From IMG/VR virus record IMGVR_UViG_3300005613_000019, positions 1 to 64,000 of that record: a stretch of DNA of 64,000 nucleotides; one strand, 5' to 3'. The translations under genes were made by a program, and so were the position numbers. This document shows positions 51,168 to 60,253 of this stretch, in pieces. The notes below the pieces were generated by a model, which searched no databases, was not told the origin of the DNA, and saw only the letters and a program-made list of their open reading frames with translations. Position 1 is the first letter of the stretch. Every line of letters starts with the position of its first letter. The DNA comes from a virus.

Positions 51168-51992
51168 CTAACCGTAATGATTAAAACCATCCCTAATAAG
51201 CAAAAAAGAAGTAGAAACAGTTACATTAGTATCATTAACATTCACATTCATACGAGGTATAAAGTCAGTTCCAGCAGTTAGAGGTATTGGAATTTCAAAT
51301 TTTTGTGTAGAAACACTTGTACCGTTTGTTGTAATAGATCCTTCATCAACTAACCTAGAATATTTACCATAATCCCTAACATAAATTCTTAATTCAGCGA
51401 AATTAGCAACTTTAGTTACTAAGCTAACTCTACTCCACAAAACATACGCAGTATAATTAGCAGGACATGTAAATAAAGCATTAAGGAAATTATTTTTACC
51501 GTTATTTGCGTAAGCTTTTACATCCGTATCTACATCAGGTTTACCATTAGTAATTCCGTTTATTGCTACAGCTGCAGAGCTGTAGCAATAAACGTCTCCA
51601 GCAAAGCCTGTACCTACTGACGGAGTTGTAGAAGAATCTTCATTAGTTAAACTAAATACTCTGCACAACGGAGTTGTTAAAGAAGCTGTAGTTTGACCTG
51701 TCAAATTAATATCTTGAACAGTCCAATTTAAATTAGCATCTAATCCTATTATATTAACTGGTTGAGTATCACCATTATCATCACTAGATATACTATCAAT
51801 TATTGCACTACCGTCATTAGAAAAAGTATAATTAGTATCTCCTAAAGACGCACTTCCATATTCCCAAACATCATGAAACACAGCATCATTATCTATAGTT
51901 GTTTTACCAAACTGGTTCCAGGTGAAAGCACCTGGAACCAGTCCTCTTGAAACACGATGAATATAACCTGGCTTAAAGGGTAAACCTATCAT
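51168..51992 (-). CDS. beta-rich virion structural protein
   Basis: Composition; coupled to the upstream gene. Confidence 0.5.
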   Translation of the reverse strand: MIGLPFKPGYIHRVSRGLVPGAFTWNQFGKTTIDNDAVFHDVWEYGSASLGDTNYTFSNDGSAIIDSISSDDNGDTQPVNIIGLDANLNWTVQDINLTGQTTASLTTPLCRVFSLTNEDSSTTPSVGTGFAGDVYCYSSAAVAINGITNGKPDVDTDVKAYANNGKNNFLNALFTCPANYTAYVLWSRVSLVTKVANFAELRIYVRDYGKYSRLVDEGSITTNGTSVSTQKFEIPIPLTAGTDFIPRMNVNVNDTNVTVSTSFLLIRDGFNHYG

Positions 51993-52543
51993 TAAACAAA
52001 CTCCAATGTTGATCCATTATACAATTCATATTCAAACACAATATGCATTGAAAAATCCAAAGTAGTATTAGTTGTAACATGAAACCTTATATAGTTATCA
52101 ACACCAGATTTACCGTTAACAGTAAAAGGTCTACCCATTTTCTTATCTACAACAGTCTCAAGAACTCTAACTTGATCAGAAGATAACTTAGAATAAGTTT
52201 CAGCTTTTACCTTATCTTTAGTAAATAAAGTACCTACAGATTCACCAGAAAGAGATATACCATCAGCAGTTAAATCTTCACTAAGAGTACCATCATAAAC
52301 TGTTGCATAAACATTAGTACAATTAGATAGATCAGCAGCATCAATTATTATAGCATACTGGTCTAAAATACGAATTGATCCTGTAAATTTAAAAACATTA
52401 AATATTTTAGTTTCATTATTTGCAGTAATATTTACGTCTGAACATAGTTTTCTACCGCAAGTACGATTATACATGTCAGTAATAGAATTATCTTCACCTG
52501 TAGGTTCTATTATACAATCTGGATAAAGTCCTGGATATCTCAT
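51992..52543 (-). CDS. beta-rich virion structural protein
   Basis: Composition; operon position. Confidence 0.5.
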   Translation of the reverse strand: MRYPGLYPDCIIEPTGEDNSITDMYNRTCGRKLCSDVNITANNETKIFNVFKFTGSIRILDQYAIIIDAADLSNCTNVYATVYDGTLSEDLTADGISLSGESVGTLFTKDKVKAETYSKLSSDQVRVLETVVDKKMGRPFTVNGKSGVDNYIRFHVTTNTTLDFSMHIVFEYELYNGSTLEFV

Positions 52544-52547
52544 AATA

Positions 52548-53057
52548 CTACCTAGCCCTAAAATCTAATTCATTTGTATTAGTGGCGTTATCTATAATTA
52601 GTTTAAATCTAATTAATGACACATTTAAATTATCAAAATTTAAACAAAAATTTCCGGTTGCGTCAGTAATCGAAACAGCTCCTACAGAATTAGTTCCTAA
52701 CTCATAACCTGTAGGAGTAATATCAATCCACGTACCTGTAAGAGAATTTCTAACCTCTACCGTTAAAGTACTAGCAGCACCTGAAGTAGTCATAACTCCT
52801 GCTAGCGAAATATCAGTGTAGCCATCCATTAAAAAGCCAGAAGCTGACGGTAAGTAGTGAGTATCTACCGTTAGGTTATCAGATCCTAAAGACGCTTCAT
52901 AAGCAGATCTAGGAGAAGCCGCTGTTGTCATCTCACCAGACGAATTTATGGTAATAGGTTGAGGGTTAGTACCGTCGGAACCGGCTATTAGTAAAGCTTT
53001 ATCCGTATTAGTATCTACTCCAGTTTTATAGACAGCATCGTCAATTCTTAATGCCAT
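52548..53057 (-). CDS. beta-rich virion structural protein
   Basis: Strong SD GGAGG; jelly-roll-like composition. Confidence 0.5.
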   Translation of the reverse strand: MALRIDDAVYKTGVDTNTDKALLIAGSDGTNPQPITINSSGEMTTAASPRSAYEASLGSDNLTVDTHYLPSASGFLMDGYTDISLAGVMTTSGAASTLTVEVRNSLTGTWIDITPTGYELGTNSVGAVSITDATGNFCLNFDNLNVSLIRFKLIIDNATNTNELDFRAR

Positions 53058-53076
53058 GATAACCTCCGAAAAATTA

Positions 53077-54516
53077 CTAAGTAATCTCTATAAAATATAA
53101 TTGAGGATCAAAAAAGATTGTATCTGCAGCTACAGCATAACCAACAGCTTGTACCTGATCTCCTAATCCTGAAGGTGCCGTTTGAGTAAGATCTCCACCT
53201 GTAGTGCTAACATATACAACATCACCAACCGTCCAAGCCCAAGCACTATTATTTATATAACCCTTCAACAAAACTTCTTTATCCGACCCAGATCCAGTAT
53301 CAATAGCCAGCGCAACACAAGGCATTGTAGTTATACTGTCTGCATCAGCTAACACATAAGTACCATCGGTATGAACATGTAAAGCTTGAGAAAAAGTAAC
53401 TGCAGGGGTAGTAGTTCCAAAAGATGTAAGGCCGTTAGCAGAGTCAGCAGAGACTGTACTATCTAGCTGCAAAGACTCATGAACTCTAACATTATTAAAA
53501 GAAGATACTGTATGCTTATCATCAGAAGTCTCTACGTATATAGTACCATTAGGCGCTGCAGATGAATTAAGAGCATAACCTACTTTAATAACTTTTTCAG
53601 GAGAAGAGGGAACAGAATCTGTAAAATCACCTGAAGAACTATCTAGATACAAAGTATTACCTGAACCTACACCTGAAGTATCAATTCCTGTAATTATTCC
53701 AAATAATTTTACATAACCGTATCCCAAAAAACTAATATCAGTAGCAGCAACACCAAATGTTTGAGAATTAGGTGCTGTTGAAACAGCTTTGATTGCTGCT
53801 AAAGAAGTACCTCCAGCACCGGCTCCCGAAACATTAACAACGTCACCTTTAGAAATTCCACCAGCCTCTAAACCAGCAGCATATACAATTAAATCCCTAC
53901 CAGCTAATAGTCTTACATCACTAGAATCAGTGTCAATTCCTAAAGAATGATTTGTAGAATCCCAATAAACTTGACCCTCTACATACGAAGGAGTTGACAT
54001 ACTAGAATCTAGAGCAAAAGGAGAATTAATATTAATTAAACCCTTTGTAGCATTAGATGTAGAATCCAAAGTAAGGTTGTTAGAAGCAGCAGTTCCACCA
54101 TTTAAAGATTGACCTCCCGCTCTACCGGCTAAAAGAGCATACTGTGTATGCACATCTCCAACAGTTAAATTATCCAGAGTATTATGATCAGATAAATTAA
54201 GATCAGTTCCAGCAGAATCTGTATAAATTAATCTATGAGGGGTTAGAGTACTATCAACCCATAAAGTGTCATTACCTGCAGAGGCTGCAATCCCTGTAAA
54301 AGCTATGTCACCTATACCGGATAACTCTCCACCGTCAATCCCAAGTTTAGTCTCTATTGCTAAAATAGACTCAGATAATGTATTAACGTGGTTAGCTAAA
54401 ACATCATCAATAAAATCGATCATATACCCAGTTCCTGCAGCAATATTTCTAACAGTTGGATGATAATAATCATCCAAAGCAGTAGGGTACTGTATTGCTT
54501 TCCAAACTAATGTCAT
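53077..54516 (-). CDS. fibre/decoration protein with two beta-tulip/DUF2190-like domains
   Basis: 'YPTALD...AIETKLG' N-terminus, 'DVHTQY' fibre motif, two 'G....Y....G..T...P......VGYA' domains. The likely start is MTLVWK (SD GGAG) rather than 54552. Confidence 0.6.
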   Translation of the reverse strand: MTLVWKAIQYPTALDDYYHPTVRNIAAGTGYMIDFIDDVLANHVNTLSESILAIETKLGIDGGELSGIGDIAFTGIAASAGNDTLWVDSTLTPHRLIYTDSAGTDLNLSDHNTLDNLTVGDVHTQYALLAGRAGGQSLNGGTAASNNLTLDSTSNATKGLININSPFALDSSMSTPSYVEGQVYWDSTNHSLGIDTDSSDVRLLAGRDLIVYAAGLEAGGISKGDVVNVSGAGAGGTSLAAIKAVSTAPNSQTFGVAATDISFLGYGYVKLFGIITGIDTSGVGSGNTLYLDSSSGDFTDSVPSSPEKVIKVGYALNSSAAPNGTIYVETSDDKHTVSSFNNVRVHESLQLDSTVSADSANGLTSFGTTTPAVTFSQALHVHTDGTYVLADADSITTMPCVALAIDTGSGSDKEVLLKGYINNSAWAWTVGDVVYVSTTGGDLTQTAPSGLGDQVQAVGYAVAADTIFFDPQLYFIEIT

Positions 54517-54567
54517 TAAAAATCTCCAAAAACTAAATGTAAAAAGATACAATTAACCTTATAAAAG

Positions 54568-54589
54568 ATTTTACCACATTACTATTTGG
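54568..54589 (-). promoter_or_regulatory. candidate late promoter CCAAAT-N10-TAAAAT
   Basis: Copy of the recurring motif, with extended -10 TG. Confidence 0.6.
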
Positions 54590-54606
54590 AGAATTAAAAA
54601 GGAATA

Positions 54607-54897
54607 TTATTCTACACGATTAAAGGCATAACCAGGAACTTTTATATTTTGATTAAGATATATACCCTTTGAAGTAGCATAAAGTAACCCTTCATACAAA
54701 TCATAAGATACGTCATAATACTCATATAATGCCCCATTATAAAACCTAACCATCAAAGTAAACGAGTTCTCATCGTACCCTATTTCAGAAATATGAGAAG
54801 ATTCTACAGGGAACATTTCAACTTCACTAGGGTTAGGTACAGCAGTACCTCCTAGTGCATTATCAGTAGGTAATCCATCATTTCCATAAATAGGCAT
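54607..54897 (-). CDS. KTSC domain protein
   Basis: 'VESSHISEIGYD...LMVRFYNGALYEYYDV...LLYATSKGIYLNQNIK' is the KTSC signature. Confidence 0.9.
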   Translation of the reverse strand: MPIYGNDGLPTDNALGGTAVPNPSEVEMFPVESSHISEIGYDENSFTLMVRFYNGALYEYYDVSYDLYEGLLYATSKGIYLNQNIKVPGYAFNRVE

Positions 54898-56595
54898 CTA
54901 ATCCCTCCAATTAAAAAAAGATTCAAGTAAAGAAGCCTCAACGCTCTTCTGCGAAGAGACGTTGCGGCTAACTATTTCAAGAGCCTTAAGGATTTCTTCC
55001 GAATCCTTAGCTTTATCATACTGGGAACCCTTGTATTCGTCAAGCATTGCTTGCAGATTTTTTACAGGTTCCAGATAAGATTGATAAGACCCAGCGCTAA
55101 ATTCTTCAGAAAATTCGGATAACTCATTAATTTTATTCTGCAAGCCACCCTTAATATCGTTTAACCCTTTAGCTATAGTTGAGATACTATCGTCGGTACT
55201 ACGCTCGTTATATTTAAATTTAGAAAGTATTTCTAGAGTTCCTTCAAGTTTTTCCATCGTTGTAAATATATCGTCACTGATAGTATCAAGAGTTTTAGAA
55301 AACCCGGATAAGCTATCCTGAAGTTCTCCTAAACGAGAAAGTTCACGATTAGCTGAGTTATAACCTTGTTGAAAAAATTTCATAGCCCTATCAATAGGCA
55401 TAGAAGTAACAACATTAGGATCTAAAAGATAAGAAAGATTAGCTACGCCTTCCCCCTGAATACCCGAAGATCCTTGATGAAACGTTACAGTTCCATCTTC
55501 ATTAACTTTTATATTTTTCTCTATTAAGAACTCTTCAGCCTGCCTAAGATCTTCGTCAGATTCCATTGAGTTAACTTCAGACTCACCAGGAGCCATCTCA
55601 GACGGCTCCTGGTCCAAGTAACGCTCTTCTAGTATCTCATAGCCAGGGTCAGACTCTTCCAAGTCCTCTAGGTCATCTTGGTCCTCCGGGTCAGTAACAC
55701 GACCATAAAAGGGTCCAGACTCTTCCAAGTCCTCTAGGTCATCTTGGTCCTCCGGGTCAGTAACACGACCATAAAAGGGTCCAGACTCATTATACAAAGA
55801 ATCGTCCAAACCTTCAAACATTTGTTCATCATCAGCATCACCATATTGAACTTCAGGTACATCTAAAATAGCTTGAGCAGCCTTAATTAATGAATCTACA
55901 ACACTCTGTTGTTTTTTACGTATATTCCTAGTATTAGGTCCAGTTTCCTCAACAGATGGGTCTAAAGAAAGATCCATTTCTGGATCGTACTCTTCTTCGG
56001 TCTGGCCTTGATCCGTATAAACCATACCAGGTTGAGATGGCCAAAACCCTTCCGGCTCTTCTGGATATGTTTGTTGAGTTATTTGAGTTTGATCATACCC
56101 CATTTCAGGATCTACTGAAAGATCCATATCTGGGTCATATTCTAATTGACTCTGAGATTCATCTGTATAGACTTGACCGGGTGACTGAGGCCATAAAGGC
56201 CCATCGCCAGCTGAAGTGTCTTGAACAGGCCAGGTAGGATTAGTTTCACCTTTATCCATAAGCATAGTTTTATCATAAGGATTTAACTCTTCTTCCTCCC
56301 AGTCAATATCAAGACCTTCGTAAACGTCTGAGTCTTCGTCTTGCTGAGCAAATTTTAAGAACTCGTCGGTTACGTCGTAATCTTTACGGGATATTATATT
56401 CCTCATATATAATTCATCTTCCTTTTTAGAATATTTAGCCATAATGCCAAGCTGAACGAGAGATGTCACGTAAGCGTGACGATCTCTCTCGTTCAGCGCT
56501 TGCAAAAATTGGTCAAACAATTCCTGAGAAATGTAATTAGAATCGTCAGCCGAAAGTTTAGTACGCTCAATTGCATCTTGAAGTGTTATAGGCAT
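54898..56595 (-). CDS. acidic repeat-rich protein with C-terminal coiled coil, candidate internal head protein
   Basis: Asp/Glu-rich with two classes of internal repeat. Confidence 0.55.
   Translation of the reverse strand: MPITLQDAIERTKLSADDSNYISQELFDQFLQALNERDRHAYVTSLVQLGIMAKYSKKEDELYMRNIISRKDYDVTDEFLKFAQQDEDSDVYEGLDIDWEEEELNPYDKTMLMDKGETNPTWPVQDTSAGDGPLWPQSPGQVYTDESQSQLEYDPDMDLSVDPEMGYDQTQITQQTYPEEPEGFWPSQPGMVYTDQGQTEEEYDPEMDLSLDPSVEETGPNTRNIRKKQQSVVDSLIKAAQAILDVPEVQYGDADDEQMFEGLDDSLYNESGPFYGRVTDPEDQDDLEDLEESGPFYGRVTDPEDQDDLEDLEESDPGYEILEERYLDQEPSEMAPGESEVNSMESDEDLRQAEEFLIEKNIKVNEDGTVTFHQGSSGIQGEGVANLSYLLDPNVVTSMPIDRAMKFFQQGYNSANRELSRLGELQDSLSGFSKTLDTISDDIFTTMEKLEGTLEILSKFKYNERSTDDSISTIAKGLNDIKGGLQNKINELSEFSEEFSAGSYQSYLEPVKNLQAMLDEYKGSQYDKAKDSEEILKALEIVSRNVSSQKSVEASLLESFFNWRD
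55650..55788. repeat. 2.1 x 66-bp perfect tandem repeat (ESGPFYGRVTDPEDQDDLEDLE)
   Basis: Units start at 55650, 55716 and 55782 (partial). Confidence 0.95.
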
Positions 56596-56635
56596 GTCTG
56601 CTTCCTTTAAATTTTAAATATAATTACACAAATTT

Positions 56636-56657
56636 ATATTAGCACAAAAATGCTTGG
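56636..56657 (-). promoter_or_regulatory. candidate late promoter CCAAGC-N10-TAATAT
   Basis: Copy of the recurring motif, with extended -10 TG. Confidence 0.55.
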
Positions 56658-56680
56658 TAGGAATAAAGAGATACTTAATT

Positions 56681-57067
56681 CTAATCTTCTTGAGTAAGAT
56701 TCGGATTCCTTACAAATCTTTTAATAAAAAGGGGCTCAACCTCAGACCCACACATTGGGCAAGCTTCAAGATCTTTAGAACCCTCTACATCATGAGCTAC
56801 ATCACACGTACATACATAGCCATATTCAGCTACAATAGCACTTTGACCTTTAGAATCTACACCAAAAATACCATTTACGACACCTAATAATCCTAAAGTA
56901 GCTTCATAGTCAACATGAAACCCAGTTTGGATAGTGTCATCAAAAGCCACATCAATTGAACACGGTATCCTAATGTCTACTAAACACGTTGCTGCTACCT
57001 TATCTTTCTCAACTAATCTATTCAAAACTTCAAGAGCCTCTTCGATTCCTACAAATTCCTTAATCAT
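56681..57067 (-). CDS. hypothetical protein with C-terminal zinc ribbon
   Basis: 'YVCTC...ACPMCGS'; SD AGGAGG. Confidence 0.65.
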   Translation of the reverse strand: MIKEFVGIEEALEVLNRLVEKDKVAATCLVDIRIPCSIDVAFDDTIQTGFHVDYEATLGLLGVVNGIFGVDSKGQSAIVAEYGYVCTCDVAHDVEGSKDLEACPMCGSEVEPLFIKRFVRNPNLTQED

Positions 57068-57231
57068 TTCTTCCTCCTTTTACACGCTTCATAACACTCC
57101 TTACCACATAATTCAGGAGTACAATATTCTACCCAGCTTCCAAAACAAGCTGGCTTATACTGAGTATCTTCGCATAGCTTAGGTTCGAAGTCAATAGTTA
57201 TTTTGGAATCTTTTGCTCTTTTTTTAGCCAT
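57064..57231 (-). CDS. 55-aa Cys-rich protein (not in ORF track)
   Basis: MAKKRAKDSKITIDFEPKLCEDTQYKPACFGSWVEYCTPELCGKECYEACKRRKK*; ATGA overlap with the next gene. Confidence 0.7.
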   Translation of the reverse strand: MAKKRAKDSKITIDFEPKLCEDTQYKPACFGSWVEYCTPELCGKECYEACKRRKK

Positions 57232-57234
57232 GGC

Positions 57235-57996
57235 TTAAATCTCTATCAAAAACTCCTCTTTATAATGACCTTTATTATTATATTCAAAAGGATAACCCCA
57301 AGGATTACAATAAATTTTAGTATTTCCTATCTTATAATCAAAATAATAATGAGTATGCCCACATAACCATAAATTAGGCTCAGTCTTAAGCATCGTCTCT
57401 GACATATCTACATAAAAACCTCCATTTATAGATGAACTTCTATAAATGTCGGGTATGACTGAAGTAGTAGGAACATGATGAGTTACAACTACAGTTTTAT
57501 CATTTTTATTTATGCTCTTATTAAGCCAATCTCTATCTTTCCTATGTTCCGTTAATATATCATAAGTATCTACAGTCATAATCTCACAATCATCATTTAC
57601 TTTATTAATCTTCCTATAATCTGGAAAAGAATAATACACTTCACTCTCACCCCTACGATTATCAAAATCAGTCCATAAAGTAGTGCCTAAAAAAGTAACA
57701 TCGTCTATTTTAACTGAAGACCTAGACAAAATATGTATATTTTCAAACTTAGCAGCAACCGACTGTAAGTCGGTTGCTGCTTTATTCAAAAATCTATTAT
57801 AATAGTCATGGTTTCCCAAAACCATGACTACAGGCATATTATAATTTACCCTAAGTTCTTTAAAATATTTTCTAAGCCTTTTACGACTAGAATCAATATC
57901 TCCAGCCATTACAAGCACGTCTGCCTCGTCTGAAATACGAGGCAGACGTTTATGCTCAAAAATTAAATGTAAATCTGATAATAGTTGTATTTTCAT
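57235..57996 (-). CDS. calcineurin-like metallophosphoesterase
   Basis: Motifs SDLH, AGD, GNHD, THH and GHTH in canonical order. Confidence 0.95.
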   Translation of the reverse strand: MKIQLLSDLHLIFEHKRLPRISDEADVLVMAGDIDSSRKRLRKYFKELRVNYNMPVVMVLGNHDYYNRFLNKAATDLQSVAAKFENIHILSRSSVKIDDVTFLGTTLWTDFDNRRGESEVYYSFPDYRKINKVNDDCEIMTVDTYDILTEHRKDRDWLNKSINKNDKTVVVTHHVPTTSVIPDIYRSSSINGGFYVDMSETMLKTEPNLWLCGHTHYYFDYKIGNTKIYCNPWGYPFEYNNKGHYKEEFLIEI

Positions 57997-58029
57997 ACCA
58001 CACCTTAAATTAATAATATTTTATAAAAA

Positions 58030-58058
58030 ATTATAAAATAAATTTATAAGATTGTCAA
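58030..58058 (-). promoter_or_regulatory. perfect consensus sigma70 promoter TTGACA-N17-TATAAT
   Basis: Minus strand reads TTGACA atcttataaatttattt TATAAT. Confidence 0.9.
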
Positions 58059-58061
58059 GAA

Positions 58062-60245
58062 CTATTTCTTTATGTTTTTAAAATTAGGCATTGCTACACC
58101 GTAGGAACGACCCCCAGTAGCAAGTTGTCGTTGAAGAAGTTGAGCTTTTCTACCTTGAGGCTCATTAACAACAGAAGATTTAATAACACTATTTAGACCT
58201 ACAAGGCACCTTGCTAAGTCGTCAGACCCTCTACCTCTAACCTTACCCTTCTTACTAGGTGAGATTATCTTCCTCAAGTCTTCGCTTCTCTCAAGTCTTA
58301 AAGATTCGAGCAAACAGACACCCTCACCTGACATCTCTTCCTCGTTTCTAGTCATCTGAATGGTACCTTGAGGGCTCAAAGAAAAACCATCTGAGAGGGC
58401 AGGAGGAAGCAAGCTAACTTGATCGTTATAAACTTGAGTTCTAAAGGACATAAAATCCTGCATTCTAATACTATACCTGTTAGCTGCGATTCCTAAAGAC
58501 CTAATATTCTGTATTGCATTTGCAGAGTTCCAAGCGTCAAACCATACTCCAGCTATATGTATCTTCTTAGATAATTCTTTTATAATATCTGTTACTGAAT
58601 TAAAATAAATCTCTCTAGATCTAGTAGGAACAATTCTAATACAAAAATCAACTACCGTAATTAGTCTATCTAACGATTGCGGATCTGGATAAAATGGTTT
58701 ACCTCCTACTAAAACTCTACCTTTGGACCTTGGAGAATCTTTAGCTGATGGTAAACTAGATAATAAAATTCTACCATCACCGTAAGGTCCAGGATCTCTA
58801 GTTTTTATACCTTTACTTTCAACTTGATAATCCCCCTCATCTTTTAGTTCAGGATGACCACATACTATGGCAAAAGAGTCAAATGTTAAACCGGCATCTA
58901 AAAACATATAATGATAGTTTTCAAAATCATAATTTACAGATTCTAAATTCAAACCTACATATTGTTTTCCTGTTTTATCAGTTATATTAACGTCTCTAAA
59001 AGCAGCTATAGGCTCACGATCATAGCGCACACAACTCCAAAACCTTAAAGGTTGATCAAATAGAGGACTTTGAGCTGCTGGAGGATCTGCAGCGAAGTCT
59101 CGTTGTGCAGCTACTGGATCTTTAATAAACTCCTCGTCAAAGTTCTTTCTTTTTTGTTCAGGATTAAATTCCCAAGTAGCACCTTTCCAAAAAAAAGTTC
59201 TCTTAAGCTCTCCGTGTTCTGCTTTATTATAAAGCTGCATAGCTATGTCATCAATTGACATAGGACTAGTAACATTAATCATGAGTCCTAAGAATGGAAA
59301 TAAATTATAGTTGTCAACCGAGGATCTTACAGTTTTTAAGGACTGGTTTATAACTCGATACAACTCTTGTGCAGAGGTCTTTGCCTCAGTATGCGATAGA
59401 CGAGCAAGCTCGTCTATCGCTCCAAGGATACGAGTCCTACCTGCAACACCGCCTGAGTTTGAAGAAATTCTGTTAAATCTTACCTGAAGCCACCCGTCTA
59501 TTACAGAGTCTTCAAGAACTTTATACTCCCATGGATCTAAAGAACCTAATTGTTGTTTCTCTTTTCCTTTAACCCATCTAACATGTCTGTTAATCCAAGG
59601 AGAATTATCCCTCATTCCTCTATATTTAGCATAAATAGTATTCTTAGCCTGCTCAGCAGTTGAAGCAGCAAACGTTACTTCAAACCATTCAGATTTCTCT
59701 TGCCTCAAGTATCTCTGCAACGCAAATCTACCTTCGGTAGATTTTACCCTTAAACAATGCTCAATATATCCTCCTATATGAGCACCTAAATAAGACTTAC
59801 CGGATCTCATTCCAGCAATACAAATTAACTCATTATATGGAGTTATGACACCGTCATAAATTAAACCCTGCATCGAATTTTTACAAGACGGGCATTCAAA
59901 ATCATTAATTTGAGAATTCCAAACAAACAAGTTTTCTGACTCAAGATAAGATCTAGATTTATTCCAACAATCCATAGCTTCAGGATCTTGAGAATTACAA
60001 AAAGGACATCTTAAATTAAACATATCCCTTAAAATTTGATATTGACGCCAATATCTAAAAGTTGAAGGTACATTCCAATAATCAAGCCCTGTAACCCATT
60101 CAACAATATTTGGGGCAGGTTTTAACAAATAAGACCTTTCAGAGTCTAAGGATATATCTAAACCTGTTACACGATCATCTATTAGATCCTCTATGTCTTT
60201 AATAAAACTTTTCTTCATGTTATACATTTCTACAGTCTTAGCCAT
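58062..60245 (-). CDS. terL: terminase large subunit
   Basis: Walker A 'AGMRSGKS', Walker B 'LGAIDE', 'ATWEFNP', and RNase H-like 'FLDAG...D', 'FDAWNS', 'SDDL'. Confidence 0.92.
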   Translation of the reverse strand: MAKTVEMYNMKKSFIKDIEDLIDDRVTGLDISLDSERSYLLKPAPNIVEWVTGLDYWNVPSTFRYWRQYQILRDMFNLRCPFCNSQDPEAMDCWNKSRSYLESENLFVWNSQINDFECPSCKNSMQGLIYDGVITPYNELICIAGMRSGKSYLGAHIGGYIEHCLRVKSTEGRFALQRYLRQEKSEWFEVTFAASTAEQAKNTIYAKYRGMRDNSPWINRHVRWVKGKEKQQLGSLDPWEYKVLEDSVIDGWLQVRFNRISSNSGGVAGRTRILGAIDELARLSHTEAKTSAQELYRVINQSLKTVRSSVDNYNLFPFLGLMINVTSPMSIDDIAMQLYNKAEHGELKRTFFWKGATWEFNPEQKRKNFDEEFIKDPVAAQRDFAADPPAAQSPLFDQPLRFWSCVRYDREPIAAFRDVNITDKTGKQYVGLNLESVNYDFENYHYMFLDAGLTFDSFAIVCGHPELKDEGDYQVESKGIKTRDPGPYGDGRILLSSLPSAKDSPRSKGRVLVGGKPFYPDPQSLDRLITVVDFCIRIVPTRSREIYFNSVTDIIKELSKKIHIAGVWFDAWNSANAIQNIRSLGIAANRYSIRMQDFMSFRTQVYNDQVSLLPPALSDGFSLSPQGTIQMTRNEEEMSGEGVCLLESLRLERSEDLRKIISPSKKGKVRGRGSDDLARCLVGLNSVIKSSVVNEPQGRKAQLLQRQLATGGRSYGVAMPNFKNIKK

Positions 60246-60253
60246 AAAATTAG

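Noticed and set aside
3855-59258. Numerous short plus-strand and nested ORFs in the track
   Set aside because: They lie within long minus-strand genes and lack SDs or motifs; treated as shadows.
58062-60245. Intein or intron in terL, or in the portal or capsid genes
   Set aside because: The ORFs are continuous, with no C...HN splice motifs or LAGLIDADG/HNH inserts seen.
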